In this document: positions 42,161-50,507 of the stretch, piece by piece
How positions within the stretch are numbered: the first letter of the stretch is position 1
Layout of the letters: every line of letters starts with the position of its first letter
NCBI GenBank assembly: GCA_964631685.1
Contig: CAZVZU010000004.1
Span: forward strand, 81,403 to 145,402
Length of the DNA stretch: 64,000 nucleotides
Direction: 5' to 3'
From: an uncultured Actinomycetes bacterium
GTDB taxonomy: Bacteria > SZUA-79 > Acidulodesulfobacterales > Acidulodesulfobacteraceae
The notes under the pieces: generated by a model
What the model was told of the DNA's origin: nothing
Databases searched by the model: none
The model's input: the letters and a program-made list of their open reading frames with translations, nothing else
Made by a program: the position numbers and the translations under genes

Positions 42161-43124
42161 AATATTCCTCTTCTGTTACCAATTTTAAAATTCCTATCAA
42201 TTCCTTTTCATTTTGGGCATTATTAACCCTGCACCTTAACTCTTTAGAACCTCTAAAACCCTTTAAGAAGTTGTATAGATGCGGCCTTATGAGCCTTGCC
42301 CCCCTTTCCTTACCGTAAAATATACCCATTTCATACATGAGCTCCGCAATTATATCCGTTTTTAGCTTGATATTGATATTTATTATACCGTCCTTCCTTA
42401 ATAAATTTTTATATTCTTTAAATATCCAAGGACTACCGATTGCGCCTCTCGCAAATATAACACCGTCCGCATCGGTATAGTCTGTTATTCTTGTGGCATC
42501 ACGCGCATCCAGAATATCTCCGCTTGCATATATAGGCACCGATATCGCGTGCTTAAGCCTTTTTGTTAGCGAGTGATCCGCTTGCCCTTTAAACATTAAT
42601 AATCTTGTTCTAGGATGAAAAAATATAGCATCAACACCCATAGACTCGGCAATTTTACCTACTTCCATGAAGTTTATTGAACCCTCATTAAATCCGCTTC
42701 TGATTTTAATCGTAAAAATAGAGTCTTTGATTGTATGTCTTATAGCTTTAAGAATAAGGGATAATTTGTCTATGTCCCTTAAAAGCGCGCTGCCCGATCC
42801 TGTTTTAATAACCTTTTTGACGGGACAACCCATATTTAAATCGATTACCCTGAAACCTATATCGGCCGCCTTTTTAGCGGCTTGAGACAGAATATCCGGA
42901 CTGTTGCCAAAAAGCTGTATCCCTGTTTTTTCTACATCTTCACCAGATTGAGCTAATTCCAGCGTAGCCCGTTCTCCTCTCAAAAAACCTATTGAACTAA
43001 TCATTTCGGTAAAACAAAAATCCGCGCCATATTTTAACGCTATCTTTCTGAATGGAAACCCTGTTATACCCGCCATAGGGGCAAGAATAGATTCACCTAT
43101 ATCACATATATTGAATTTGGTCAT
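42153..43124 (-). CDS. dusB: tRNA-dihydrouridine synthase
   Basis: LAPMAG, IQLFG, DLNMGCP, KIRSG, HPRT. Confidence 0.9.
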   Translation of the reverse strand: MTKFNICDIGESILAPMAGITGFPFRKIALKYGADFCFTEMISSIGFLRGERATLELAQSGEDVEKTGIQLFGNSPDILSQAAKKAADIGFRVIDLNMGCPVKKVIKTGSGSALLRDIDKLSLILKAIRHTIKDSIFTIKIRSGFNEGSINFMEVGKIAESMGVDAIFFHPRTRLLMFKGQADHSLTKRLKHAISVPIYASGDILDARDATRITDYTDADGVIFARGAIGSPWIFKEYKNLLRKDGIININIKLKTDIIAELMYEMGIFYGKERGARLIRPHLYNFLKGFRGSKELRCRVNNAQNEKELIGILKLVTEEEYYV

Positions 43125-43277
43125 CCCCTTTATTATAACAAATTTTTAATTTTTAAAATTTCATCAAATTGAAACAAATTCGTCATAAAACTGCAATACA
43201 AATATGATACATGTAGAGACTTCACGTCTTTTAAATTAAAAAGATTAATTCAATATAACCTATTATTAAGGGCGGTA

Positions 43278-43532
43278 ATGACTATGAAAAGAAACTCGAC
43301 CAAGAACAGTAAAATAAAGAAGAGGCATAAGAGGTACCAAGAATTTATCGATGAAATTAACGGAAGCCTAAAAGAAAAAAGGGATATCGAAGATCTGCTT
43401 AATCGCGTCGTAATACTAAAAGCGGAAGATGTGCTGAAAGAAATGCAAATAAAAGAGAAGAACAATGAAATCATGCGGCACTGCCATAAAAAAGTCAATG
43501 CCGCAAAACTTGTGTTAGACAAACAGAACTAA
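43278..43532 (+). CDS. hypothetical protein
   Basis: 84-aa helical ORF in an otherwise empty gap; weak SD. Confidence 0.45.
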   Translation: MTMKRNSTKNSKIKKRHKRYQEFIDEINGSLKEKRDIEDLLNRVVILKAEDVLKEMQIKEKNNEIMRHCHKKVNAAKLVLDKQN

Positions 43533-43584
43533 CGCAATCGTCTAATGACGACAAGATAAATCACGCATGTTCCGTATTATATTA

Positions 43585-43797
43585 CTATCTGTTTAGATTA
43601 AGAGCATAATTAAGATACTTCATGAACTCTTCTTTAGTGGGTAATTTCTTAACCCCTATATTGAAAATATTCCTCTTTTTCTCATACCATTTACTAAACT
43701 CTTCTTCCTTTATTCCACCAGCTTCCGTAAGCAATTTTTCCAATATGTCCAAACCTTCTATATTATTACCCTCAGCCATTAGATCTATTATCTCCAA
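43585..43797 (-). CDS. hypothetical protein
   Basis: 70-aa ORF overlapping the stop of the upstream oxidoreductase (possible translational coupling). Confidence 0.5.
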   Translation of the reverse strand: MEIIDLMAEGNNIEGLDILEKLLTEAGGIKEEEFSKWYEKKRNIFNIGVKKLPTKEEFMKYLNYALNLNR

Positions 43798-45140
43798 TTT
43801 GTTCTTGAAAACTCCGGTATATCTTCAGGGTCACTCTTTGCAGTATAACCATCGTTCATGTTATATATTTTGAATTCATTATCTGTGACAAAAGAATATA
43901 TATCTCCATTTAAAAATTCATCTTTGTATTCCATGCATTTTAGCCCTTGCCTTATTATGCCTGACAATATCCCGCTTCCGGAAATATCTCCGAGTAAAAT
44001 TGCCCCAACTAAAACATCGCCATCATAAACGAACTTTCTGTATATATTTTCTCCGTCTTGAAAAACATAAACCTTCTGAGTCGGACTCTGTTTGCCATCC
44101 TTATCGCGGGCAGGATTCGTGAGCCCTATCGTTACAATGGGTAATCCATAAATCTCAACCGAGTTCAGCCCCATTCCGCCAGGATATTCCCTATGAACCC
44201 CCGCCATGTTTGTACCTGCAACCCTTCCTTCCTCACATGCAAGCGGAACGATAGCAATAATATTAGGGCGCTTATTGATGATATCATAAATAACGGCTGC
44301 ATCCCCGCCGGCATAAATATCTTGCACACTTGTCATCATTGTTTTATCTACGATAATACCCCTGTCTATTTTTACGCCGCTCCCCTCAAGAAAACCTACA
44401 TTCGGTCTAACACCCACCCCAACTATAATTATATCGGCAACAAGCTCTCTTCCGCTTTTTAAAATTACGCTTGTGGGGTTTCCTGACTCATCCAGATTAA
44501 TTTTCGTTACTGTTTCACCGGTTGCGGTATCTATTCCATTCTCTTTTAATTTTTTTGCCGTTATGTCTCCGGATATTTCATCTAACGCCAAACCTAAAAC
44601 ACGCGGTAAAAGCTCGACTATAGTAACATGAAGACCGAGCGCCCTTAAGCCCTCAGATGCCTTTAGCCCTATAAGTCCACCGCCAACTACAATAGCTTCC
44701 TTATGCTTTGCATTTTTAGCCGCCTGTTCAATCTTTTTCGCATCATCGAACCTTGTAAATGTTCCCATCATCGAAGATTGAGGATTAAACCCCTCAGTCG
44801 GCGGAATAAATGGGGTTCCACCCGGACCCACGAACAGCTTATCATAATCGATCTTGGTTCCGTCTTCAATGATAACCCGCTTTGTAGCTGTATCCACAGA
44901 AACCACGGTTTTGCCCAGTATCAGCTTAAAATTGTTCTTTTCATAATAGTCGTCATCTTTATACCAAATAGTTTCATCAGTCGTCTTTCCTTCCAAGTAA
45001 TAAGAAATTAACGGCCTTGCATATGCCTTATAGTTCTCATCGGATATAATCGTAACATCTCCCGCTTTATCGAACCTTCTTATAGCATCAGCGCATGATA
45101 ATCCTGCGTATGAATTTCCAATAATAACATATTTCATCAT
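43788..45140 (-). CDS. FAD-dependent pyridine nucleotide-disulfide oxidoreductase (NirB N-terminal/AorC-like)
   Basis: IIGNSYAG, YARPLIS, VVGGGLIG, GVRPN, IYAGGD. Confidence 0.9.
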   Translation of the reverse strand: MMKYVIIGNSYAGLSCADAIRRFDKAGDVTIISDENYKAYARPLISYYLEGKTTDETIWYKDDDYYEKNNFKLILGKTVVSVDTATKRVIIEDGTKIDYDKLFVGPGGTPFIPPTEGFNPQSSMMGTFTRFDDAKKIEQAAKNAKHKEAIVVGGGLIGLKASEGLRALGLHVTIVELLPRVLGLALDEISGDITAKKLKENGIDTATGETVTKINLDESGNPTSVILKSGRELVADIIIVGVGVRPNVGFLEGSGVKIDRGIIVDKTMMTSVQDIYAGGDAAVIYDIINKRPNIIAIVPLACEEGRVAGTNMAGVHREYPGGMGLNSVEIYGLPIVTIGLTNPARDKDGKQSPTQKVYVFQDGENIYRKFVYDGDVLVGAILLGDISGSGILSGIIRQGLKCMEYKDEFLNGDIYSFVTDNEFKIYNMNDGYTAKSDPEDIPEFSRTNWR

Positions 45141-45152
45141 CTAATCCCCTTT

Positions 45153-45707
45153 TTATCCTTTTATGTTGGATTTTATATATGGACCGTATACTTTTTTTGC
45201 GACCATAAGCCTTCTTTCATATGAATAGTTTTTAATTCCAATTCGCTTTAGCGCCCCTTTCTTGCACGCCTCTACGCATTTGGGTATTTTTTCATCCACG
45301 CATCCGTCACACTTTGAAGCATAATGATCTTTCTCTATTCTTTCTATCGCTCCAAATGGACAGGACATCACGCACATCCAGCAACCAACACATTTTTTAT
45401 AATTAGTGACGGTCCAGCCCGTCTCAATATCCCTATACCTCGCACCCGGCATGCATGCGTCCGCGCACGGCGCTTCATCGCAATTGTGGCACATCGTGGG
45501 AAAAAATTTACCCGCCTTTTTCTTTATGCTAATCCTCGGCGCTCCATATTTAGACCCGTATTTTTTCTTCATCTGCGTTTCGCATGCCTTAACGCAAGCC
45601 ATAAACTCTTCTCCCTCACAACCATCGCATTTTGAAGGATAAAGCATTATTTCTATCTGATTTTTCTTGAGATCGTCTTTAAGATTAGTAAGCTTATTTT
45701 TATTCAT
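45153..45707 (-). CDS. 4Fe-4S dicluster electron-transfer protein (CooF/AorA-like)
   Basis: CDGC...CVKAC, CHNCDEAPCADAC, CVGCWMCVMSCP, KCDGC...CVEAC. Confidence 0.88.
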   Translation of the reverse strand: MNKNKLTNLKDDLKKNQIEIMLYPSKCDGCEGEEFMACVKACETQMKKKYGSKYGAPRISIKKKAGKFFPTMCHNCDEAPCADACMPGARYRDIETGWTVTNYKKCVGCWMCVMSCPFGAIERIEKDHYASKCDGCVDEKIPKCVEACKKGALKRIGIKNYSYERRLMVAKKVYGPYIKSNIKG

Positions 45708-45749
45708 AAAAACCTCTTTATTTATTTGCGATTAACCGTAACCTTAATA

Positions 45750-46736
45750 TCACAAAGAGATATTATAAGGATTAGGAAGCAATTTTACTATTTTATCCGC
45801 CATAAAATTTAATCCATTGGCAAAGTATAATGAGCTATCCTTTTTGAAAAAATCAAAAGACCTTTTAAGGTATATATAATTTTTTGTATTAGCATAAATC
45901 CACCAGAAATAAAATGCCTGCGCCAATACACCCGAGGGCGCATCTTTTGGATTTTTAATATTATAAAATTTATTCATTTTTTTAATTTTTATGCTCCTGA
46001 CATTTCCCTTCATCGAATACTCCGGAAACGACCCTTTTGATGTTATCTTCTTTAATTCTTTTTTGCCGTTTACATTCATAAATGCACGCGGTGACAGATC
46101 CGGGCGATCCCTGAGTATATCTAAAATAGAATAATAATATACGGACGGTAAAAGTCTTAATATATTCATTGCATCATTAAATAAAAAGTCTTCTTTCAGG
46201 CTGAGCGAATAATCATTAAGCATCATCAGGATATAGGCAACATCTTTTCTTGAATAATACGCAAGTAAGGGCTCAACGACGGAATTAGGCCATAAAGGCG
46301 CTACGACCATAACATTTTCCGACTTAGCTTTATCTATTAACGCCTTCACAACCCCTGCATCAAAAAACGGGGCGTCACACTCCATTACAAAAACAAACTC
46401 ACCTACCAGGCTATTAATTGAGCTAAAAATACCCCTTATCGGACCCTTAAGTCCGCAAGCTGCATCATCGGGAATCAGTTTGATATTTAACTCTTTTCTC
46501 TTATCTTTTTCATGTATTCTTTTAACTATTTTTTCCACTGCGATGCCATACTCTACTCTCTGCGCCTCATCTCTGATGGAGATAGCTACATCGTTACTGA
46601 CATCTAGTGCAACACTAAGCGCTCTTTCTATAAATGTAAAACCCTCATAGTCAAATAAAGCCTTGTTTTCCCCAAACCTTTTAGACTCGCCACCGGCAAG
46701 GATAAGACAGCTTACGTCTTCATACTTGTTATTCAT
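45750..46736 (-). CDS. mobA: MobA-like molybdenum cofactor nucleotidyltransferase with C-terminal extension
   Basis: LAGGESKRFGENKA, GPIRGI, ECDAPF, EPLLAYY, FMNVN; ~100 extra C-terminal aa. Confidence 0.78.
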   Translation of the reverse strand: MNNKYEDVSCLILAGGESKRFGENKALFDYEGFTFIERALSVALDVSNDVAISIRDEAQRVEYGIAVEKIVKRIHEKDKRKELNIKLIPDDAACGLKGPIRGIFSSINSLVGEFVFVMECDAPFFDAGVVKALIDKAKSENVMVVAPLWPNSVVEPLLAYYSRKDVAYILMMLNDYSLSLKEDFLFNDAMNILRLLPSVYYYSILDILRDRPDLSPRAFMNVNGKKELKKITSKGSFPEYSMKGNVRSIKIKKMNKFYNIKNPKDAPSGVLAQAFYFWWIYANTKNYIYLKRSFDFFKKDSSLYFANGLNFMADKIVKLLPNPYNISL

Positions 46737-47221
46737 TCTAAATTTAAACGCACTTTCCCTCGTTGACCGTGACCCTCACTAAGCACAACCTCGACATATT
46801 CAAGCGTTTTAAACGATTCATCTTCTTTTAAATCCTTGACAATCTCTATAGCAAAATAAACAGTTAGGTCTTCGATATTCAATGACGGAATCTCCATCTT
46901 AAAAATATCGGTTTTGGGAATAAGGTAAAACTTATTATTTATTTCTATCCTATAATGCTGTCCTTCGTCGCCGATGCGCTGTACGGTTTCCGGATAGTCA
47001 GCCACCAAAATCTTATCTTCAAATGTAGAGCATATTCTTTTTATTATCGCTTTCAGTTTATATAAGTGAACAACCCTTCTCTTATCGTCAAACTCACCGT
47101 CAACCAACACGTCTATATAATGGAAATGCGGATGAATCCTGGAACAATCCCCTCTACCGGGAACTATATGCATACACTCGAATGTCAAATCCGCTTCCTT
47201 CCCGATTAATTCTACTATCAT
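46733..47221 (-). CDS. QueD/6-pyruvoyl-tetrahydropterin synthase-like T-fold protein
   Basis: FECMH...DCSRIHPH (Zn His/His/His and catalytic Cys pattern), NIEDL, LSEGHGQ. Confidence 0.75.
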   Translation of the reverse strand: MIVELIGKEADLTFECMHIVPGRGDCSRIHPHFHYIDVLVDGEFDDKRRVVHLYKLKAIIKRICSTFEDKILVADYPETVQRIGDEGQHYRIEINNKFYLIPKTDIFKMEIPSLNIEDLTVYFAIEIVKDLKEDESFKTLEYVEVVLSEGHGQRGKVRLNLE

Positions 47222-47257
47222 TACTATTATACCTCACTAAATTAATTACCAGCCGGT

Positions 47258-48100
47258 TTAGCTATAAGAAAAATCTTTCAGATAACCATTTGGAAGAAGT
47301 CTTAGGCCTGAGCATCTTCCATTGGAAGATTCGCTCAAATCTTTCACATACCTGCAAAGGGTTATTTTAGCGCCGTTTATTTTAAAAAACTTCCTATCAT
47401 TGGATTTTTCTGCAGTAAAATCCAAATCAATCCTGTTCAGCACCTTAATTGGATCGATGTAATATTTCTTATACATATCATCCGTCGTTTTATCCGATAG
47501 CTCAATAAACTGCAAGTCAAATTTATTTTTAGCGCAATAATTTATTATACTCTTTAAGCTTTTTTTGTCTGTATTCAGACCTTTTAAAAGTAAATTATCT
47601 ATCTCAACCTTATAGTTATTTTTTTTCAATAGGTCAAGCCCCGCCAAAACATCTTTCAGTAAATCCTTGCCCGAAATAAATTTATACTTTTCTTCATTCA
47701 GTGTATCGAGACTCACTGAAATCTTGTTTATTATATTAGGGCTAAGATCTTTTATTCTTTTTTTGATAAGCGTTCCATTAGTCGTAATAAATATGTCTAT
47801 ATCACCAACATGTTTGACGCTATACAAAAGATTTTTCAAATCTTTAAATAAGAGAGGTTCTCCGCCTGTAAATTTTACCTTCCTTAACCCGTAGTTCCTT
47901 ATCGAGTATATGGCATTTATTATGTCCCCTGTCCTTATAACCGAAGGCATTTTAGATGAAATTCCCTCATTATGGCAATAAAGACAGTTTTCATTGCAGT
48001 CAACCTGAAGAGATATCCTTAAAGAGTTTACTGTAAATTCAAATCTCCTCTTTTGAAAATGCTCTCTGTTGTCAAGTGTGTCAAATAAGAATCGCCTCAT
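47258..48100 (-). CDS. MoaA-like radical SAM protein (degenerate C-terminal cluster)
   Basis: LRISLQVDCNENCLYCHNEG, KFTGGEP, TTNG, SLDTL, QFIE; ends RCSGLRLLPNGYLKDFSYS. Confidence 0.82.
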   Translation of the reverse strand: MRRFLFDTLDNREHFQKRRFEFTVNSLRISLQVDCNENCLYCHNEGISSKMPSVIRTGDIINAIYSIRNYGLRKVKFTGGEPLLFKDLKNLLYSVKHVGDIDIFITTNGTLIKKRIKDLSPNIINKISVSLDTLNEEKYKFISGKDLLKDVLAGLDLLKKNNYKVEIDNLLLKGLNTDKKSLKSIINYCAKNKFDLQFIELSDKTTDDMYKKYYIDPIKVLNRIDLDFTAEKSNDRKFFKINGAKITLCRYVKDLSESSNGRCSGLRLLPNGYLKDFSYS

Positions 48101-49389
48101 TTTTGCTCAATAACTTCATAATCGTTTAAGGTAACTTTTACAGTACTTCCCGCCTTAATCTCCGTCGTATCCTCGTCCATAACAAAACTACCGGATGCCT
48201 TAATCATGGGACTTAATGACCTCGCCGCAGAAGGTGGCTTTGGAGCCGGCATAACAGATGCAAACAATGTATCGTCTTTATTTACGAGTTTAACCTGAAA
48301 ATATTTTCTGACGCCCTTTTCGGATAATGCATCTTCTGTAAGTTTAGCAACAACAGACGCATATTTTTGATACGTAACGTTAATGTTCGTCATCTTTTGC
48401 ATATATTGCCTTACAAAAAGATCGAATGTTATTATCGCGGAATAAGGCCAACCGGCAAGAGCAAATATTGGCGTCCCATAATTTAAAATTCCAAAAGATG
48501 TTGGTTTTCCGGGTACAAGCCTGACCCCGTGAAATAAAAGTTTTCCTGTTTTTTCAATAGCAGACGGTATTAGGTCGTAAAAGTTGGTAATCTCTTTATT
48601 TTCCAAAACCAAAAAGCTGGCTCCTGTACCACCAGTGGAAATTATTAGATCGTATTTTTTTGATTTATCAGATTTAACAAGAACATCAACAAGCTTATTC
48701 AGTTCGTCCTCAATCACCCCTATAACATCAGGAATGCCGCCTGCATCCTTGATAAGGGATTTAAGAACCGTGGTATTTATATCATAAATTTTGCCCCCGT
48801 GAACATCATTTCCCGGTGATACCAACTCATTGCCGCCGGATAATATGCCTATTAAGGGTTTTTTATAAACTTGAATATATTTTAATCCAATACCGGACAA
48901 TGCTGCAATATCGCAGATTCTTATCTTATGTCCTTTTTGAAAAAGTAGTTCTCCCGCTTTTATGTCGTCACCAATGAGGGATATGTAAGAACCCCTTTCA
49001 ATCTTCTTGCTATATCTCATTTGTCCGTCAGAATATTCGTCCACATCTTCGATGAGAACCACGGTGTCTGCATTTGGCGGAACGGGTGCCCCTGTTGATA
49101 CAAAAACGGATTCGCCGGTAAGTAATGGTCTCAGTTCATCTGAATAACCCGCGGTAATTTGATTTACAACTTTAAACCTATCCAACTTTTTTTCCGAAAT
49201 ATCGGAATGTATTAAAGCAAAACCGTCTACTGCAGACCTGATAAACGGAGGGACATTGTTCACAGGAACAATGTCTTCCGATATTACCCTGTCTAAACTA
49301 TCCTCAACCAATATTTTTTCTGATAAACCTATCTTTCTGACATTTTCAAAGGACAAGTCTAGTAAATCTTGCGTTGTTTTACCATGCAT
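48097..49389 (-). CDS. moeA: molybdopterin molybdotransferase MoeA (divergent)
   Basis: PPFIRSAVDGFA, TGAPVP, SGGNEL, IYDIN, STGG, PGKP. Confidence 0.88.
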   Translation of the reverse strand: MHGKTTQDLLDLSFENVRKIGLSEKILVEDSLDRVISEDIVPVNNVPPFIRSAVDGFALIHSDISEKKLDRFKVVNQITAGYSDELRPLLTGESVFVSTGAPVPPNADTVVLIEDVDEYSDGQMRYSKKIERGSYISLIGDDIKAGELLFQKGHKIRICDIAALSGIGLKYIQVYKKPLIGILSGGNELVSPGNDVHGGKIYDINTTVLKSLIKDAGGIPDVIGVIEDELNKLVDVLVKSDKSKKYDLIISTGGTGASFLVLENKEITNFYDLIPSAIEKTGKLLFHGVRLVPGKPTSFGILNYGTPIFALAGWPYSAIITFDLFVRQYMQKMTNINVTYQKYASVVAKLTEDALSEKGVRKYFQVKLVNKDDTLFASVMPAPKPPSAARSLSPMIKASGSFVMDEDTTEIKAGSTVKVTLNDYEVIEQK

Positions 49390-49445
49390 AATTTTTATTT
49401 GTATGAAGCCGGAAGGGGTAACTCACCGGCGTTATATATTATAAA

Positions 49446-49484
49446 ATCACTCCCTCCCTCTAGTATGAGGGTGAAGGGAGTGAT
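49446..49484 (-). terminator. hairpin/attenuator between the 81-aa gene and moeA
   Basis: Minus strand ATCACTCCCT-tca-CCCTC-atacta-GAGGG-AGGGAGTGAT followed by TTT. Confidence 0.55.
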
Positions 49485-49493
49485 AAATATTCA

Positions 49494-49739
49494 TTAAAAG
49501 TACGGCTCCACGACATAAGTCTTAATGCCGGCTTCCTGAACCACTTCAACTGCCTTTTTTTCATCTTCTAAACTCACGAATATAGTTGCATGATAAGGCG
49601 TCACGCTTGCCACGTTTCTTCCCACAATAGCAATGCTGGCTTTCTTTATGACTGCTTCTGCCTTATCGAAATCTCCATTAATATATTCAACTCTTATCGG
49701 TGCGTTATAGATGGTTCCTACTCCGCCGCTACCTGCCAT
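49494..49739 (-). CDS. hypothetical 81-aa protein in the Mo/W enzyme operon
   Basis: Strong AAGGAGGA SD; alternating beta/alpha pattern; no recognised motif. Confidence 0.72.
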   Translation of the reverse strand: MAGSGGVGTIYNAPIRVEYINGDFDKAEAVIKKASIAIVGRNVASVTPYHATIFVSLEDEKKAVEVVQEAGIKTYVVEPYF

Positions 49740-49801
49740 ATTAAAATCCTCCTTATTTCAAATTTTAAAAACATTTAATAGATAAATCAACGTTGCCCGA
49801 A

Positions 49802-50455
49802 CTAACCTACCTTTACAGGATTATCTGTATCTTGAACCTTCGATGTACCCATCGTTGCATTAGGGGTAACAAACCCAAAAAAATGCTCGGTCAGTTTCCT
49901 TGCAGTTTTTTCTCTATCTATCGTCGATATTCTATTTATATTACCGAACCATAATGCATCCGTCGAACAAAGTGTGACACAAGCAGGTAAAAGACCCTTG
50001 TCAACCCTATCCTTGCAATAATCGCATTTTGTAACCTTTCCCGTCGCATCATTAAACTGCGGAGAACCGAAGGGACAAGCGTGGATGCAGGATTTGCAAC
50101 CTATGCATGTATTAGGGTCATTAAATACGATACCGTCAGAACGTTTTTGCATGGAACCGGTCGGACAAGCCCTTACGCAAGCTGCATCGTCACAATGAAA
50201 ACAGTTCATCGGCAAATAAACAGTTTTCAACTGCCCTTTTTTGATAAAATAAGGTCCAACTTGAATAACTCTCATCCTGCGAGGACCAACTGGAAGGTTG
50301 TGTTCTTTCTTGCAGGATATCTCACAACCCATGCAGCCTATACACCTATCCACATTTACCTTCATTGAATATTTTGGAGTGGTTGACTGAAGCGTAATCC
50401 TGGACGCCCTATCCTCTCCAAGATGAAACCTATCAAATCCATATTCTGATGACAT
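49802..50455 (-). CDS. 4Fe-4S subunit of a molybdopterin oxidoreductase (DmsB/NrfC-like)
   Basis: CIGCMGCEISC, CFHCDDAACVRACP, CIGCKSCIHACP, KCDYC...PACVTLC. Confidence 0.92.
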   Translation of the reverse strand: MSSEYGFDRFHLGEDRASRITLQSTTPKYSMKVNVDRCIGCMGCEISCKKEHNLPVGPRRMRVIQVGPYFIKKGQLKTVYLPMNCFHCDDAACVRACPTGSMQKRSDGIVFNDPNTCIGCKSCIHACPFGSPQFNDATGKVTKCDYCKDRVDKGLLPACVTLCSTDALWFGNINRISTIDREKTARKLTEHFFGFVTPNATMGTSKVQDTDNPVKVG

Positions 50456-50507
50456 ATTTATGCTCCTTAATTTTTTATTATTTGATTATTTTATTAACCT
50501 GATAAAC

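Noticed and set aside
49430..49453. Full ModE operator upstream of moeA
   Set aside because: Only one half-site (CGTTATATA) is present, in AT-rich DNA.
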